Source: Promethearchaeota archaeon (GTDB taxonomy: Archaea > Asgardarchaeota > Hermodarchaeia > Hermodarchaeales > Hermodarchaeaceae). Taken from it: a stretch of 32,000 nucleotides of DNA. The stretch spans positions 23,625 through 55,624 of the forward strand of contig JBHLMI010000017.1 of the NCBI GenBank assembly GCA_048938295.1. Reading direction: 5' to 3'. The position numbers were made by a program, and so were the translations under genes. The notes below the pieces were generated by a model. That model made no database searches. It was not told the origin of the DNA and saw nothing but the letters and a program-made list of their open reading frames with translations. This document shows, in pieces, positions 17,531 through 25,834 of the stretch (its first letter is position 1; every line of letters begins with the position of its first letter).

Positions 17531-18199
17531 GTGACGCCCCTTTTGCCAACCAAATTCCCAACTTTAAGGGCACAGCAGATCCAGCGAATTTTGGTAGACC
17601 GCCTTATTGAAGAAGATGTATTCACCAATCCACCACGAACCGTGTGTGGCTTAGATGTCTCCTATTATAATCAAACGGCGATCGGAGTAGCCGTTTTGCT
17701 GAATTTTCCGGACTTGGTACCAATTGAGCATCAAATAGTGTACACAAAGTCCACTGTTCCCTATATCCCTACATTTCTCTCTTTTCGAGAATATCCTCCC
17801 CTTTCCTTGGCCTATACTGCCCTCTCCACAAAACCCGACCTGTGTTTCGTTGATGCACATGGTCGGGCACATCCACGAAAACTTGGTGCCGCAAGTCATT
17901 TCGGAATCTTAAGGAATGTGCCCACCATTGGAGTAGCAAAAAGTCTTCTATGTGGGACTATTCAATATGGTTCTTTACCGTTTGAAACCCTTATCCTCGA
18001 TGACGAAGTAATTGGTGTAAGGATAGTTACGAGACCTGGTTGTCATCCTATCTATATCAGTGTTGGCCATCGCATTTCACTCGCAACCGCTATCGAAATG
18101 ACGCAGCAATGCGTTACCCGGTATCGACTTCCTGAGCCGACGCGACTAGCACATCAGATGGCAACCAAAGCGCGCCTGAAACTAAAGAATAAGGTATGA
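17531..18199 (+). CDS. nfi: endonuclease V
   Basis: GLDVSY, PYIPTFLSFRE, FVDAHGRAHPRKLGAASH, TIGVAK and RLPEPTRLAH motifs. GTG at 17531, just after the translin stop, is preferred as start. Confidence 0.93.
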   Translation: MTPLLPTKFPTLRAQQIQRILVDRLIEEDVFTNPPRTVCGLDVSYYNQTAIGVAVLLNFPDLVPIEHQIVYTKSTVPYIPTFLSFREYPPLSLAYTALSTKPDLCFVDAHGRAHPRKLGAASHFGILRNVPTIGVAKSLLCGTIQYGSLPFETLILDDEVIGVRIVTRPGCHPIYISVGHRISLATAIEMTQQCVTRYRLPEPTRLAHQMATKARLKLKNKV

Positions 18200-18894
18200 T
18201 TCTCTTGAAGGAAGAACTCTGGTTTACTCTCTTAACACTAGCACAACTCGGAGCGGTCACCACAAATATCCATACATCAACTTCGCGCCTAGCAAGCCTC
18301 ATGAAGATTAGTCAACAGACAGCTTCGCGAAGATTATCCACCCTTGAAAGAATGGGATTGATCAGCCGGGTTCTCAATAAACGGGGGCAATTAATTCGCG
18401 TAGAAGAAATGGGAATTGTGGAGTTAGCCAAGGTCCAATCTGTCCTTGAAATGGTTTTGACCAAAAAGCGATTTAGGAGCTTCCGAGGGCGAGTCCTTAC
18501 TGGGCTAGGGGAAGGCGCCTATTATGTTCAATTGGAGGGTTATCGAAAGCAGTTTCGAAAGGTTCTTGGCTACAATCCTTTTCCAGGAACCCTTAACATC
18601 CAATTACTCTCCGAGGCAGATGTAAACGAATTTCGATTACTCAAAGCTACCATTGGTATACATATTCAGGGCTTTTCAAACGAGGGTCGAAGCTTTGGAC
18701 CAGTTACCTGTTACCCTGCAACGATAAATGGTGAACAAAAAGTCGCCATTTTGTTAATTGAGCGTACTCATCATCATCCCAATGTCGTTGAAATCATCGC
18801 TCCTACACATCTTCGTGAAAAACTCAAGGTCGATGATGAGGATATCATCACTGTGAAATTCGATCTTTCTGATTTGCCAATGCCTTCTCAATAA
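18196..18894 (+). CDS. ribK: CTP-dependent riboflavin kinase with N-terminal MarR-like HTH (RbkR type)
   Basis: SQQTASRRL HTH, GRVLTGLGEGAYYV, PFPGTLN and RTHH..EIIAP motifs. ATGA overlap with nfi. Confidence 0.93.
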   Translation: MILLKEELWFTLLTLAQLGAVTTNIHTSTSRLASLMKISQQTASRRLSTLERMGLISRVLNKRGQLIRVEEMGIVELAKVQSVLEMVLTKKRFRSFRGRVLTGLGEGAYYVQLEGYRKQFRKVLGYNPFPGTLNIQLLSEADVNEFRLLKATIGIHIQGFSNEGRSFGPVTCYPATINGEQKVAILLIERTHHHPNVVEIIAPTHLREKLKVDDEDIITVKFDLSDLPMPSQ

Positions 18895-19297
18895 TCCGGG
18901 AAGTACTGCTCAAGGGAAATTCATCAAACAACTCTTTTAATCGAATCACACGAGTTGCCAACCCTTTCTCTCTTAACCGATTTTGCACCTGATTCATGGA
19001 TATATCTTGATTAGGACCAAGCATAAGAACATCGGGTTTCAACTCCTCAATGATACTCACAAAATCTGACCCAGGATTTCCTAAAACCGCCTTCGAGACA
19101 CCCTTCAAAGCCTCAACCATGAAAAGACGTTGCTGTTCAGGGATAATGACCGGATGCCCCTTGGTATGGACGACATTTTCATCACGGGCAATAACGACCG
19201 TAACTTCACCAAGCTTCGCTGCTTCTCTTATAAGAAAAACATGGCCGGGGTGAAGAATATCAAAAGTACCAGTAATAACAATCTGTTTTTTCGTCAT
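18848..19297 (-). CDS. ribL: FAD synthase (cytidylyltransferase family)
   Basis: GTFDILHPGH, VVIARD, PEQQR and LGPNQ..SSTSRI motifs. ATG at 19297 preferred. Confidence 0.85.
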   Translation of the reverse strand: MTKKQIVITGTFDILHPGHVFLIREAAKLGEVTVVIARDENVVHTKGHPVIIPEQQRLFMVEALKGVSKAVLGNPGSDFVSIIEELKPDVLMLGPNQDISMNQVQNRLREKGLATRVIRLKELFDEFPLSSTSRIIEKALANQKDRISQ

Positions 19298-19353
19298 CCT
19301 GTTCGCCTTTGTATACATCGAAGTATAAAATATTAAGGCTCGATACTTTTTCA

Positions 19354-19370
19354 GAAAGTTTTAATATAGT
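19354..19370 (+). promoter_or_regulatory. BRE/TATA box for tRNA-Lys
   Basis: CAGAAAG followed by TTTTAATATA, ending about 22 nt before the tRNA 5' end. Confidence 0.55.
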
Positions 19371-19392
19371 TGTAGAAAAACAGCCAATTTGT

Positions 19393-19493
19393 GGGCTCGT
19401 AGCTTAGTCAGGCAGAGCGTCGGGCTCTTAACCCGATTGTCGGGGGTTCGAAAGGAGACTTACATGTACCCGAAAATCCCCCCGAGCCCGCCA
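19393..19493 (+). tRNA. tRNA-Lys(CUU) with a 24-nt T-loop intron (59/60; 19453-19476), CCA encoded
   Basis: GGGCTCG TA GCTT AGTCAGGCA GAGC G TCGGG CT CTT AA CCCGA TTGTC GGGGG TTCGAA[intron]T CCCCC CGAGCCC G CCA. BHB with TTCG/CGAA helix and AAA and AAT bulges. Confidence 0.93.
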
Positions 19494-19495
19494 TT

Positions 19496-20497
19496 TCAAC
19501 GCCTCTTAAAATGCTCATACCCCTTCATTTCAACGGTTCTTTCTTCTCCATCAAATCTCAAGCTCTTCTCAGGCTCTTCCACAATTTCACCAATTCGGGT
19601 AAGTGATCCACCGACCTGTTGTACACTTCTAGATGCCTTTTCCCAGTGTTTAGGCGGCAAAGCGACAACGAGTTCGAATTCTTCTCCACCATATAACACA
19701 AAATCGACAGCATCCAATTCATTCGCTACTGCAAACTCTGCGCAGATTTGTGGAATGGGTAAGTTATCTAGCTGGAATCCAACTCGGCTAGCGGTAGAGA
19801 GTTCGTGCAACGCCCATGCCAGACCATCGCTACTATCGATAGAAGCCGAGATAACACCAGCTTCTGCTAGAGCCTTTCCTTCCTTAACGCGCGCTCGAGG
19901 GCGAAGGGCTTTTTCCCGTATCTGACTAACTAGCTCCGCAGGCTCTGAATATCCTCCTAATAAAGCCTCGAATAAAGCACCGGTGTACCCGAATTCACCC
20001 GTAATAGCAATTAAATCCCCTGGCTTCGCGCCTTTTCTTCGCATTAGCCGATTCTGCAGAACCCTACCAATCGCAGTACAATCAATTACAAGCTCTAAAC
20101 ACTGGTTTGTATCCCCTCCAAGATAATAGGTTTCATGTTCACGACATACGCAATTTAATCCTCCAACAAGAGCTGCTGCAAAATTTGCCTCCGTCTCAGC
20201 GGGGAGACCCAATGAGATTATTACTCCTAGCGGGGTTGCTCCTTTTGCAGCTAAATCACTTAATCCCATTACCCCCGCCTTCCACGCTATTTCGCTGGCA
20301 GTCATACCAGGTAAAACATCTGTTGATTCGACGAGCATGTCACTATTTACAACAAGAGCCTCTTCATTAAAAGGAACAGCGACAGCATCTTCTAAGCCTG
20401 GAAGTAAAGCTTTATCATATGGCGTGATTAAATCCTGAAACCAACGAATCAAGCCTCTTTCTCCAATATCGCGAAGTGTATTTGCCTTTTGTGGCAT
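19496..20497 (-). CDS. thiL: thiamine-monophosphate kinase
   Basis: IGERGLI, GLEDA, DMLVESTD, LSDLAAKGA, GGDT, DSSDGL and GGEEFEL motifs. Confidence 0.93.
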   Translation of the reverse strand: MPQKANTLRDIGERGLIRWFQDLITPYDKALLPGLEDAVAVPFNEEALVVNSDMLVESTDVLPGMTASEIAWKAGVMGLSDLAAKGATPLGVIISLGLPAETEANFAAALVGGLNCVCREHETYYLGGDTNQCLELVIDCTAIGRVLQNRLMRRKGAKPGDLIAITGEFGYTGALFEALLGGYSEPAELVSQIREKALRPRARVKEGKALAEAGVISASIDSSDGLAWALHELSTASRVGFQLDNLPIPQICAEFAVANELDAVDFVLYGGEEFELVVALPPKHWEKASRSVQQVGGSLTRIGEIVEEPEKSLRFDGEERTVEMKGYEHFKRR

Positions 20498-20575
20498 GAA
20501 TAATCCCTTCAGAACTTACTATTGATAGCAGTGTCGAAATCTTTTTGGGTTTTGCCTAATCAACACATGTATAGT

Positions 20576-20675
20576 GCCTCGGTAGCTCAGTGGTAGAGCG
20601 ACAGCCTCGTAGACGACCTTTGAATATTGTCGAGAAAGCTGCTGGTCGCGGGTTCAATCCCCGCCCGAGGCTCCA
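20576..20675 (+). tRNA. tRNA-Thr(CGU) with canonical 37/38 intron (20612-20636, 25 nt), CCA encoded
   Basis: GCCTCGG TA GCTC AGTGGTA GAGC G ACAGC CT CGT A[intron]A GCTGC TGGTC GCGGG TTCAATC CCCGC CCGAGGC T CCA. BHB helix CTCG/CGAG. Confidence 0.92.
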
Positions 20676-20692
20676 TTTTGACTTATCTGAAG

Positions 20693-22288
20693 CTACGCTG
20701 GTTTCACACGTGAATCTACGATTTCTTGAAACTTCAGACCGCCAGCTTGCTCTAAAAGGGTGTCTAAATCCATGAAACGAATTTCAGGTGTGATCTCCGT
20801 TTCAGTTTTTGTTAATTTTTGGATCGTTCGCTGTGCTTGCGTTTGATTAGCTCCAGCTTTCAGCACAATATTTAGTGAAAGAACATCCATGGAATAGGGA
20901 TCATCTGGCTTTGATTTACTTATAATGATTTGTGCTTCATGAACCTCATTCATTGCTAGCAATGATTCGCGTAAGGCCGTGAGGTTCACAGTCGCCCCTT
21001 TGATTTTCTCCTCAGCGAATCCCATTATCTGCAATTGAGCACCTATCTCTGCTTCCCTTGATATATTGAAGAAACAAGGCATATCAATGCCACAATGTGG
21101 ACATTTACCGGTGGTGACCTTATCAACATGGTCGCCCATCAAATAGCCTTCGAACATTGAAGAACGCCCATCGACATGAAAGATGCTTATGTAGCCTCCT
21201 TCCTCTGGGCTGGTAAACTCGTATCCACCTGCATCGTCAGTAAACTTGACAAATCGAACGGCAAAGGCTAAAGGCGATAGGTTATGATATCCGCCTTTCT
21301 CTTGGCATTGGCATGCGACACCAATCTTTGTTTCGCTTGCAGCCCAGCCTCCAATTACTCTGGTTTCAGTCATCCCTACTTCCGCGAAATATTCTTTGAT
21401 GTTATCAATCACAGCATCATAGATGCGTTCGCCTGCCAGTAGAATAATACCTCGTTTTTCTAACTTCGGCTTCTGGTTAATGAGTTCTCGACAGAAGATA
21501 TTTCGTAAATAACCTGGCATGGCTGCAAATCCAGTTACCTTAAACAATTCAGCGAGCTGAACGAGCTTATCTGTGGAAATCGCTCCCCCAGCAGTAGAGC
21601 GAACCACAAAATCAGCCATCTGCAGTAACCCTCCATCAACGCCAAAGAATCCTAAGTGTGGGGCGGAAGGAAACAGGTTCATGGCACGGAGTTCAAACCC
21701 GTCTTTAACGAAGGGATCAATGGCCATTTTACCTGATTTTGCCATATTATTCAACATCAACTCATTATCATAATGTGTAAGAAATACTGGCGAGGGAAGT
21801 CCCGAAGCACGACCTGAGGAGAACCAAAAGAAGCGTGGTGAATATTGATACTTCACATGATCGAGGAGTTCTTGGGTAGCTTTTTCTTTACCTATCCCAA
21901 GTTTGACTCGTAGTCCTCGGCGAAAGACGAATTTATGTTCATCCTTGTAGCCAGCTTCTTTATAATAATCGAGAATATTTCTGATGGCTTCTGCTTGGTC
22001 TCGGTCTTGTCCATCAACCTGCTGAGGATTTAATACAAATTCTCGGAGATTACCTTTATAATCTGCCTTCTTCACGAGTGGCAGTTCATACTTCGCCCAA
22101 TCGGTTGGTGCCTTAAGAGCGAAAGGATCCACTCCATACTCTTTGAATAGACGACGATAAAATGGATGATTAGGATAAATCTGATATCGGATAAACGCGC
22201 GGAATTTTCGGTTCTGCATAGTTTCGATTTCTTCATAACTTAGCGATTTGAGTTCATCAAAGGTTAGGAAACGTTTCATCTGTAACAC
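20693..22288 (-). CDS. phenylacetate-CoA ligase-like adenylate-forming enzyme (ANL superfamily)
   Basis: LPLVKKADY, SSGRASG P-loop variant, AGERI, ASET, GYLMGD, KCPHCG and KIKGATVN motifs. Confidence 0.7.
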   Translation of the reverse strand: MLQMKRFLTFDELKSLSYEEIETMQNRKFRAFIRYQIYPNHPFYRRLFKEYGVDPFALKAPTDWAKYELPLVKKADYKGNLREFVLNPQQVDGQDRDQAEAIRNILDYYKEAGYKDEHKFVFRRGLRVKLGIGKEKATQELLDHVKYQYSPRFFWFSSGRASGLPSPVFLTHYDNELMLNNMAKSGKMAIDPFVKDGFELRAMNLFPSAPHLGFFGVDGGLLQMADFVVRSTAGGAISTDKLVQLAELFKVTGFAAMPGYLRNIFCRELINQKPKLEKRGIILLAGERIYDAVIDNIKEYFAEVGMTETRVIGGWAASETKIGVACQCQEKGGYHNLSPLAFAVRFVKFTDDAGGYEFTSPEEGGYISIFHVDGRSSMFEGYLMGDHVDKVTTGKCPHCGIDMPCFFNISREAEIGAQLQIMGFAEEKIKGATVNLTALRESLLAMNEVHEAQIIISKSKPDDPYSMDVLSLNIVLKAGANQTQAQRTIQKLTKTETEITPEIRFMDLDTLLEQAGGLKFQEIVDSRVKPA

Positions 22289-22441
22289 TTAAGGGAAATC
22301 AATCTATGGCGAATAACAAAACCACTCTTCTTTGGATGGCAAAAGCGTTTCGATAGTTTCAAACAAAAGTCCGCTTGTTAATCGTTTGGTAATCTTAGAT
22401 TGACTGCTCCCATAAAGAGGAAAAAGGGAGAACGGAGTGGG

Positions 22442-22690
22442 CTAGTCGACAAGGTCAACTAGTGCAACGTCTTCGAATGCCCCGGAAGGCAATTTCCGTC
22501 TTATTGTAATGGGAAGTACTCTTTTTTCTAATTCTAACTCCGCAATTCGAATCGGATCGTGGAGATCGGAAGAAATTCGGGTCAAAATTGGTGCACCCAT
22601 CGATATTTGGAGGGCGCGCGCTCCCACTACTCGGGATTTTTCATATCGGGTCATTCGTTTAGGACCGATTTCAGGTCCTTTTTTAGACAC
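22442..22690 (-). CDS. rpoK: DNA-directed RNA polymerase subunit K (Rpo6)
   Basis: MTRYEKSRVVGARALQISMGAP..LPITIRR motif. Confidence 0.96.
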   Translation of the reverse strand: MSKKGPEIGPKRMTRYEKSRVVGARALQISMGAPILTRISSDLHDPIRIAELELEKRVLPITIRRKLPSGAFEDVALVDLVD

Positions 22691-22716
22691 ATTCTCCGCC
22701 TCGTTTTGTACTGGAT

Positions 22717-24342
22717 TTAGTCTTCAAAGTCTTCGCCGCCAGGTGGGCCACCAGGACCACCACCCGCTTGCATGCCCTTAGAGGCAATGACGTCATCAAT
22801 ACGAAGAAGCATTTGTGCAACCTCGCTAGCGGACTTCACGGCTTGGCGTTTTACTACTAGTGGCTCCCAGACATTAGCCTTTGCCAGATCGCCTACTTTA
22901 CCTTTGATTCCATCAACACCTACTGTGACTTCACCTTTTTCATGTTGGGCCTTGAGGTCAGCGATGATATCAATGGGATCGAGACCTGCATTCTCAGCTA
23001 ATGTCTTCGGAATGATTTCCATGGCCTCAGCGAAGGCAATGACAGCGAGCTGTTCGCGACCGGGAAGACTTTCGGCGTATTCTTGAAGGTTTCGAGAAAC
23101 CTGTATCTCTGGTGCACCGCCACCGGCAACGACTCGTCCATCCTCAACAACGTTTCGAATCACACAGAGTGCATCGTGTAAAGCCCGTTCTGCCTCATCG
23201 ACGACAAGGTCCGTGCTTCCCCGAAGCAGAATACTGACAGCCTTCGGGTTCTTGCACCCTTCTACGAAGACCATCTTGTCATCAGCGATCTTTCGTTCTT
23301 CGAGAAGATGGGCTGTTCCTAAATCTTTCTTTGTAAGGTCATCAAGGTTCGAAATGAGTTTTGCACCAGTAGCACGAGCTAGTTTCTCCATGTCACTTTC
23401 TTTGATTCGTCGCACAGCTACTATACCTTCTTGAGCCATAAAGTGCTGAGCCACATCATCAATACCTTTCTGGCAAAGAACAACATTCGCACCGGCTTTC
23501 TTTACCTTGACCACCATTTCGCGCAGCATTCGCTCTTCTTCGTCAAGAAAAGCTTGCATTTGGGAGACTTCACGAATGTCGATTTTAGCTGTGAATTCGG
23601 TTTTTTCTACTTCAAATGCACTTTGAATGAGTGCAATTTTGGGATCTGTGAGCGTCTTTGCCATTCCAGGATGGACAATTTCTTTGTCAAGCACGATGCC
23701 TTCGATAAACATGGTATCGCGCACTGTACCACCCTGTTTCTTTTCAACCTTAACGTTATCAATATCCGCCTGCTTTGTCCCATCCACAGTGTCTGTGACG
23801 CGCTTAATGGCCAATACGGCTAAATCTGCTAAGAACTTCCGAAACTCAGATACGACCTTTGATTGCATGGAGGTCATGGCGACTTTCTTGAGCATTGTAT
23901 CGCTGTCATCATCGACAGCAATGGAATCTAGGCTCTCAAGAGCCTTCTCAGTCGCCTTCCGATATCCTTCTACAATAACGGTGGGATGGATCTTTTGGTC
24001 GGTAAGCAATTCAGCTTGTTTAAGTAACTCACCTGCCAGCACGACAGCGGAGGTAGTTCCATCGCCCACCTCATCATCTTGGGTCTTCGCTACTTCCACG
24101 ATCATTTTTGCTGCAGGGTGTTCAACATCGATTTCTTTTAGGATTGTAGCACCATCATTAGTAATTGTAACATCTCCGAAGCTATCCACCAGCATCTTGT
24201 CTTGTCCTTTAGGACCTAGAGCTGTTCGAATCGCCTCTGCTATTGCTACGGCTGCCATTATGTTATTATGTTGGGCATCTTGGCCACGTTCACGCTTTGT
24301 TCCTTCTTTGAGCAACAGTATGGGGGTTCCACCCAATGACAT
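22717..24342 (-). CDS. ths: thermosome (group II chaperonin) subunit
   Basis: LGPKGQDKML, TNDGATIL, GDGTTS and GGGAPE motifs. GAGGTGA Shine-Dalgarno at 24349-24355. Confidence 0.97.
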   Translation of the reverse strand: MSLGGTPILLLKEGTKRERGQDAQHNNIMAAVAIAEAIRTALGPKGQDKMLVDSFGDVTITNDGATILKEIDVEHPAAKMIVEVAKTQDDEVGDGTTSAVVLAGELLKQAELLTDQKIHPTVIVEGYRKATEKALESLDSIAVDDDSDTMLKKVAMTSMQSKVVSEFRKFLADLAVLAIKRVTDTVDGTKQADIDNVKVEKKQGGTVRDTMFIEGIVLDKEIVHPGMAKTLTDPKIALIQSAFEVEKTEFTAKIDIREVSQMQAFLDEEERMLREMVVKVKKAGANVVLCQKGIDDVAQHFMAQEGIVAVRRIKESDMEKLARATGAKLISNLDDLTKKDLGTAHLLEERKIADDKMVFVEGCKNPKAVSILLRGSTDLVVDEAERALHDALCVIRNVVEDGRVVAGGGAPEIQVSRNLQEYAESLPGREQLAVIAFAEAMEIIPKTLAENAGLDPIDIIADLKAQHEKGEVTVGVDGIKGKVGDLAKANVWEPLVVKRQAVKSASEVAQMLLRIDDVIASKGMQAGGGPGGPPGGEDFED

Positions 24343-24391
24343 GGTGGGTCACCTCTTTGATTAAAAGTAAGGTTGTTGCACTTTGCGCTTC

Positions 24392-24407
24392 AATATAAGC
24401 GTTTCTC
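24392..24407 (-). promoter_or_regulatory. thermosome promoter BRE-TATA (GAGAAACG-CTTATATT)
   Basis: Purine-rich BRE followed by TTATAT about 50 nt upstream of the ths ATG. Confidence 0.7.
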
Positions 24408-24560
24408 TAGTCCGTTGCCCGAAACCTACCCAGCCAGGACCTTTGGCTTGTGTTCGGTTCCTGCATCATCGACGAGCACCGACCCAACGGGCCTGTAACC
24501 TCTCGCCTCAAGACAGGCGTTTTTTGTCTCCGTCCAACTGGCGGCGACTAATTCCAAGTT
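24392..24560 (-). ncRNA. putative TnpB omegaRNA (scaffold overlapping the tnpB 3' end plus a ~20-nt flank-derived guide)
   Basis: Position expected for TnpB reRNA. Hairpin CGCCT-GTCTTG-AGGCG and CAGGAACCGAACAC segment precede the right end. The 5' boundary is approximate. Confidence 0.5.
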
Positions 24561-25711
24561 ATAACTTGCATTCACATCACGGTCTGCGGTGAACCCACAC
24601 CGTTCACACACATAACTCCGAACTGACAATCCCAAGTCGCGTTTCACATGTCCACATCTCGAACACTGCTTCGATGAGGGAAAAAATCGAGGTGCTACCA
24701 CCAACCTTGATCCATACCATAGCGTCTTATATTCTAGCTGTCTACGAAACTCAAAAAAGCTCGCATCCGACACCGCTTTAGCCACCCGACGATTCTGCAC
24801 AAGCCCCCGCACATGGAGGTCTTCAATCCCTACTACTGACTTGTTTTTCGCCAGCACGGTCGTCGCCTTGTGCACGGCATCCTTGCGTATATTCGCAATC
24901 CGCATATGGAGTTTCTGAAACATGAAAAGGACTTTGCGATGATTCCGGCTACCCCGCTTCTTATGAGCAAGCTTTCGCTGGACCCGTTTGAGCTTCCGTT
25001 CATACTGACTTAACGACTTGGGGTTTCGACGGTTGTACCATCGGAGACCGTAGCCAACCGACGAAGCCCCACATCCACACCTACAACAGGACCAGTCTGC
25101 TTAACCACCTCAATCTCTTCTTGAACATTAATCGACACAAACCAGCGACCTGCCTTCGAGGATACCGTAGCCGAGAGAATATGGATGTGGTCGGACTCCG
25201 CGGGCAAGTAACCGTGTTCTTTCAAACGGAGGTGGCCCAGACGCGGTAATTGGATAGCATCATTGAAGACGCGGATAGTTTCCGTTAACCGGAATGATCC
25301 ATAGCCCTTTTTCCGTGACTTGAATTTGGGAAACCCCGGGGTTCCACCTTTCCGGACCTGGCGAAAAAAATGACGAAAGGCCTTATCCAAATTACGGAGG
25401 GCTTCTTGAGGGGCACACTTTGAGACTTCATACATCCAACCAAATTCGGTCTTCTTGAGGCGATTCAGTTCGCGATGCAAGTCTATAGAGGTGGGTACCT
25501 TCCCAGTTTTTGAATATTCATCGATTTTCCCTGAAGGCCCCAGTTATAGGCGAAGCGAGCGCAGCCGGCGTGTTTGCGACAGAGGATCTGCTGGGACTTG
25601 TTCAGTTTCAACTCGGTTTTATAGCCCCGATGAATCCGTAGCTTAGTGGTGGTGGTCAAAGAACCGTTATCTCCTTAGCATTATTGGGGTGAGGGAGTTT
25701 AAAGGAAGACC
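24412..25711 (-). mobile_element. non-autonomous IS607-like element (tnpB only, no tnpA)
   Basis: Contains only tnpB. Left junction TGGG|TCTTCC and right end ...GTAGGTTTCGGGCAACGG, with GG at both junctions as expected for IS607-type elements. Boundaries are inferred from family knowledge. Confidence 0.65.
24426..25659 (-). pseudogene. tnpB: TnpB RNA-guided endonuclease, interrupted by two single-base deletions (near 25528 and 25023)
   Basis: TTG start with AAGGAG upstream. YKTELKLN..HAGCARFAYNWGL, then CAPQEALRNLDKAF, VGVDVG, IEDLHV, FPSSKQCSRCG, CERCG and DRDVNAS spread over three reading frames. Confidence 0.9.
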
Positions 25712-25834
25712 CAGGCTGCCAAAAAAGTGAAGTGAAAGGAGAACGGTAGTAATTCATCGGGAGGATTCTTGACCTAAAGTTTCCCAAAATGGGAGTAAAC
25801 CCACAAACAGTTGATAACATACGTGTTTAATACT

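Noticed and set aside
3537-19476. Shared ATGTAC hexamer between the Gln D-loop intron and the Lys T-loop intron (intron transposition?)
   Set aside because: Only 6 nt in common, and in Gln it is partly forced by the splice helix; not significant.
19389-19925. 178-aa plus-strand ORF
   Set aside because: Overlaps tRNA-Lys and is antisense to thiL; low-complexity Ser/Pro translation.
22442-24342. Thermosome-rpoK adjacency (26-bp gap) as heat-shock control of RNA polymerase
   Set aside because: Plausible co-transcription, but nothing in the sequence supports a regulatory meaning.
23627-24364. 245-aa plus-strand ORF, and other plus-strand ORFs at 22772-23823
   Set aside because: Antisense shadows of the highly conserved thermosome gene, with no independent motifs.
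22427-25746. GGAGAACGG 9-mer at about 22428 and 25738, similar to IS607 right-end motifs
   Set aside because: No flanking similarity or element remnants. A 9-mer match is expected by chance, and both lie in pyrimidine-rich terminator-like tracts of minus-strand genes.
25778-25800. Short hairpin TCCCA-TTT-TGGGA (minus strand) downstream of the radical SAM gene
   Set aside because: A 5-bp stem is too short to distinguish from chance, and it lies outside the inferred IS end.
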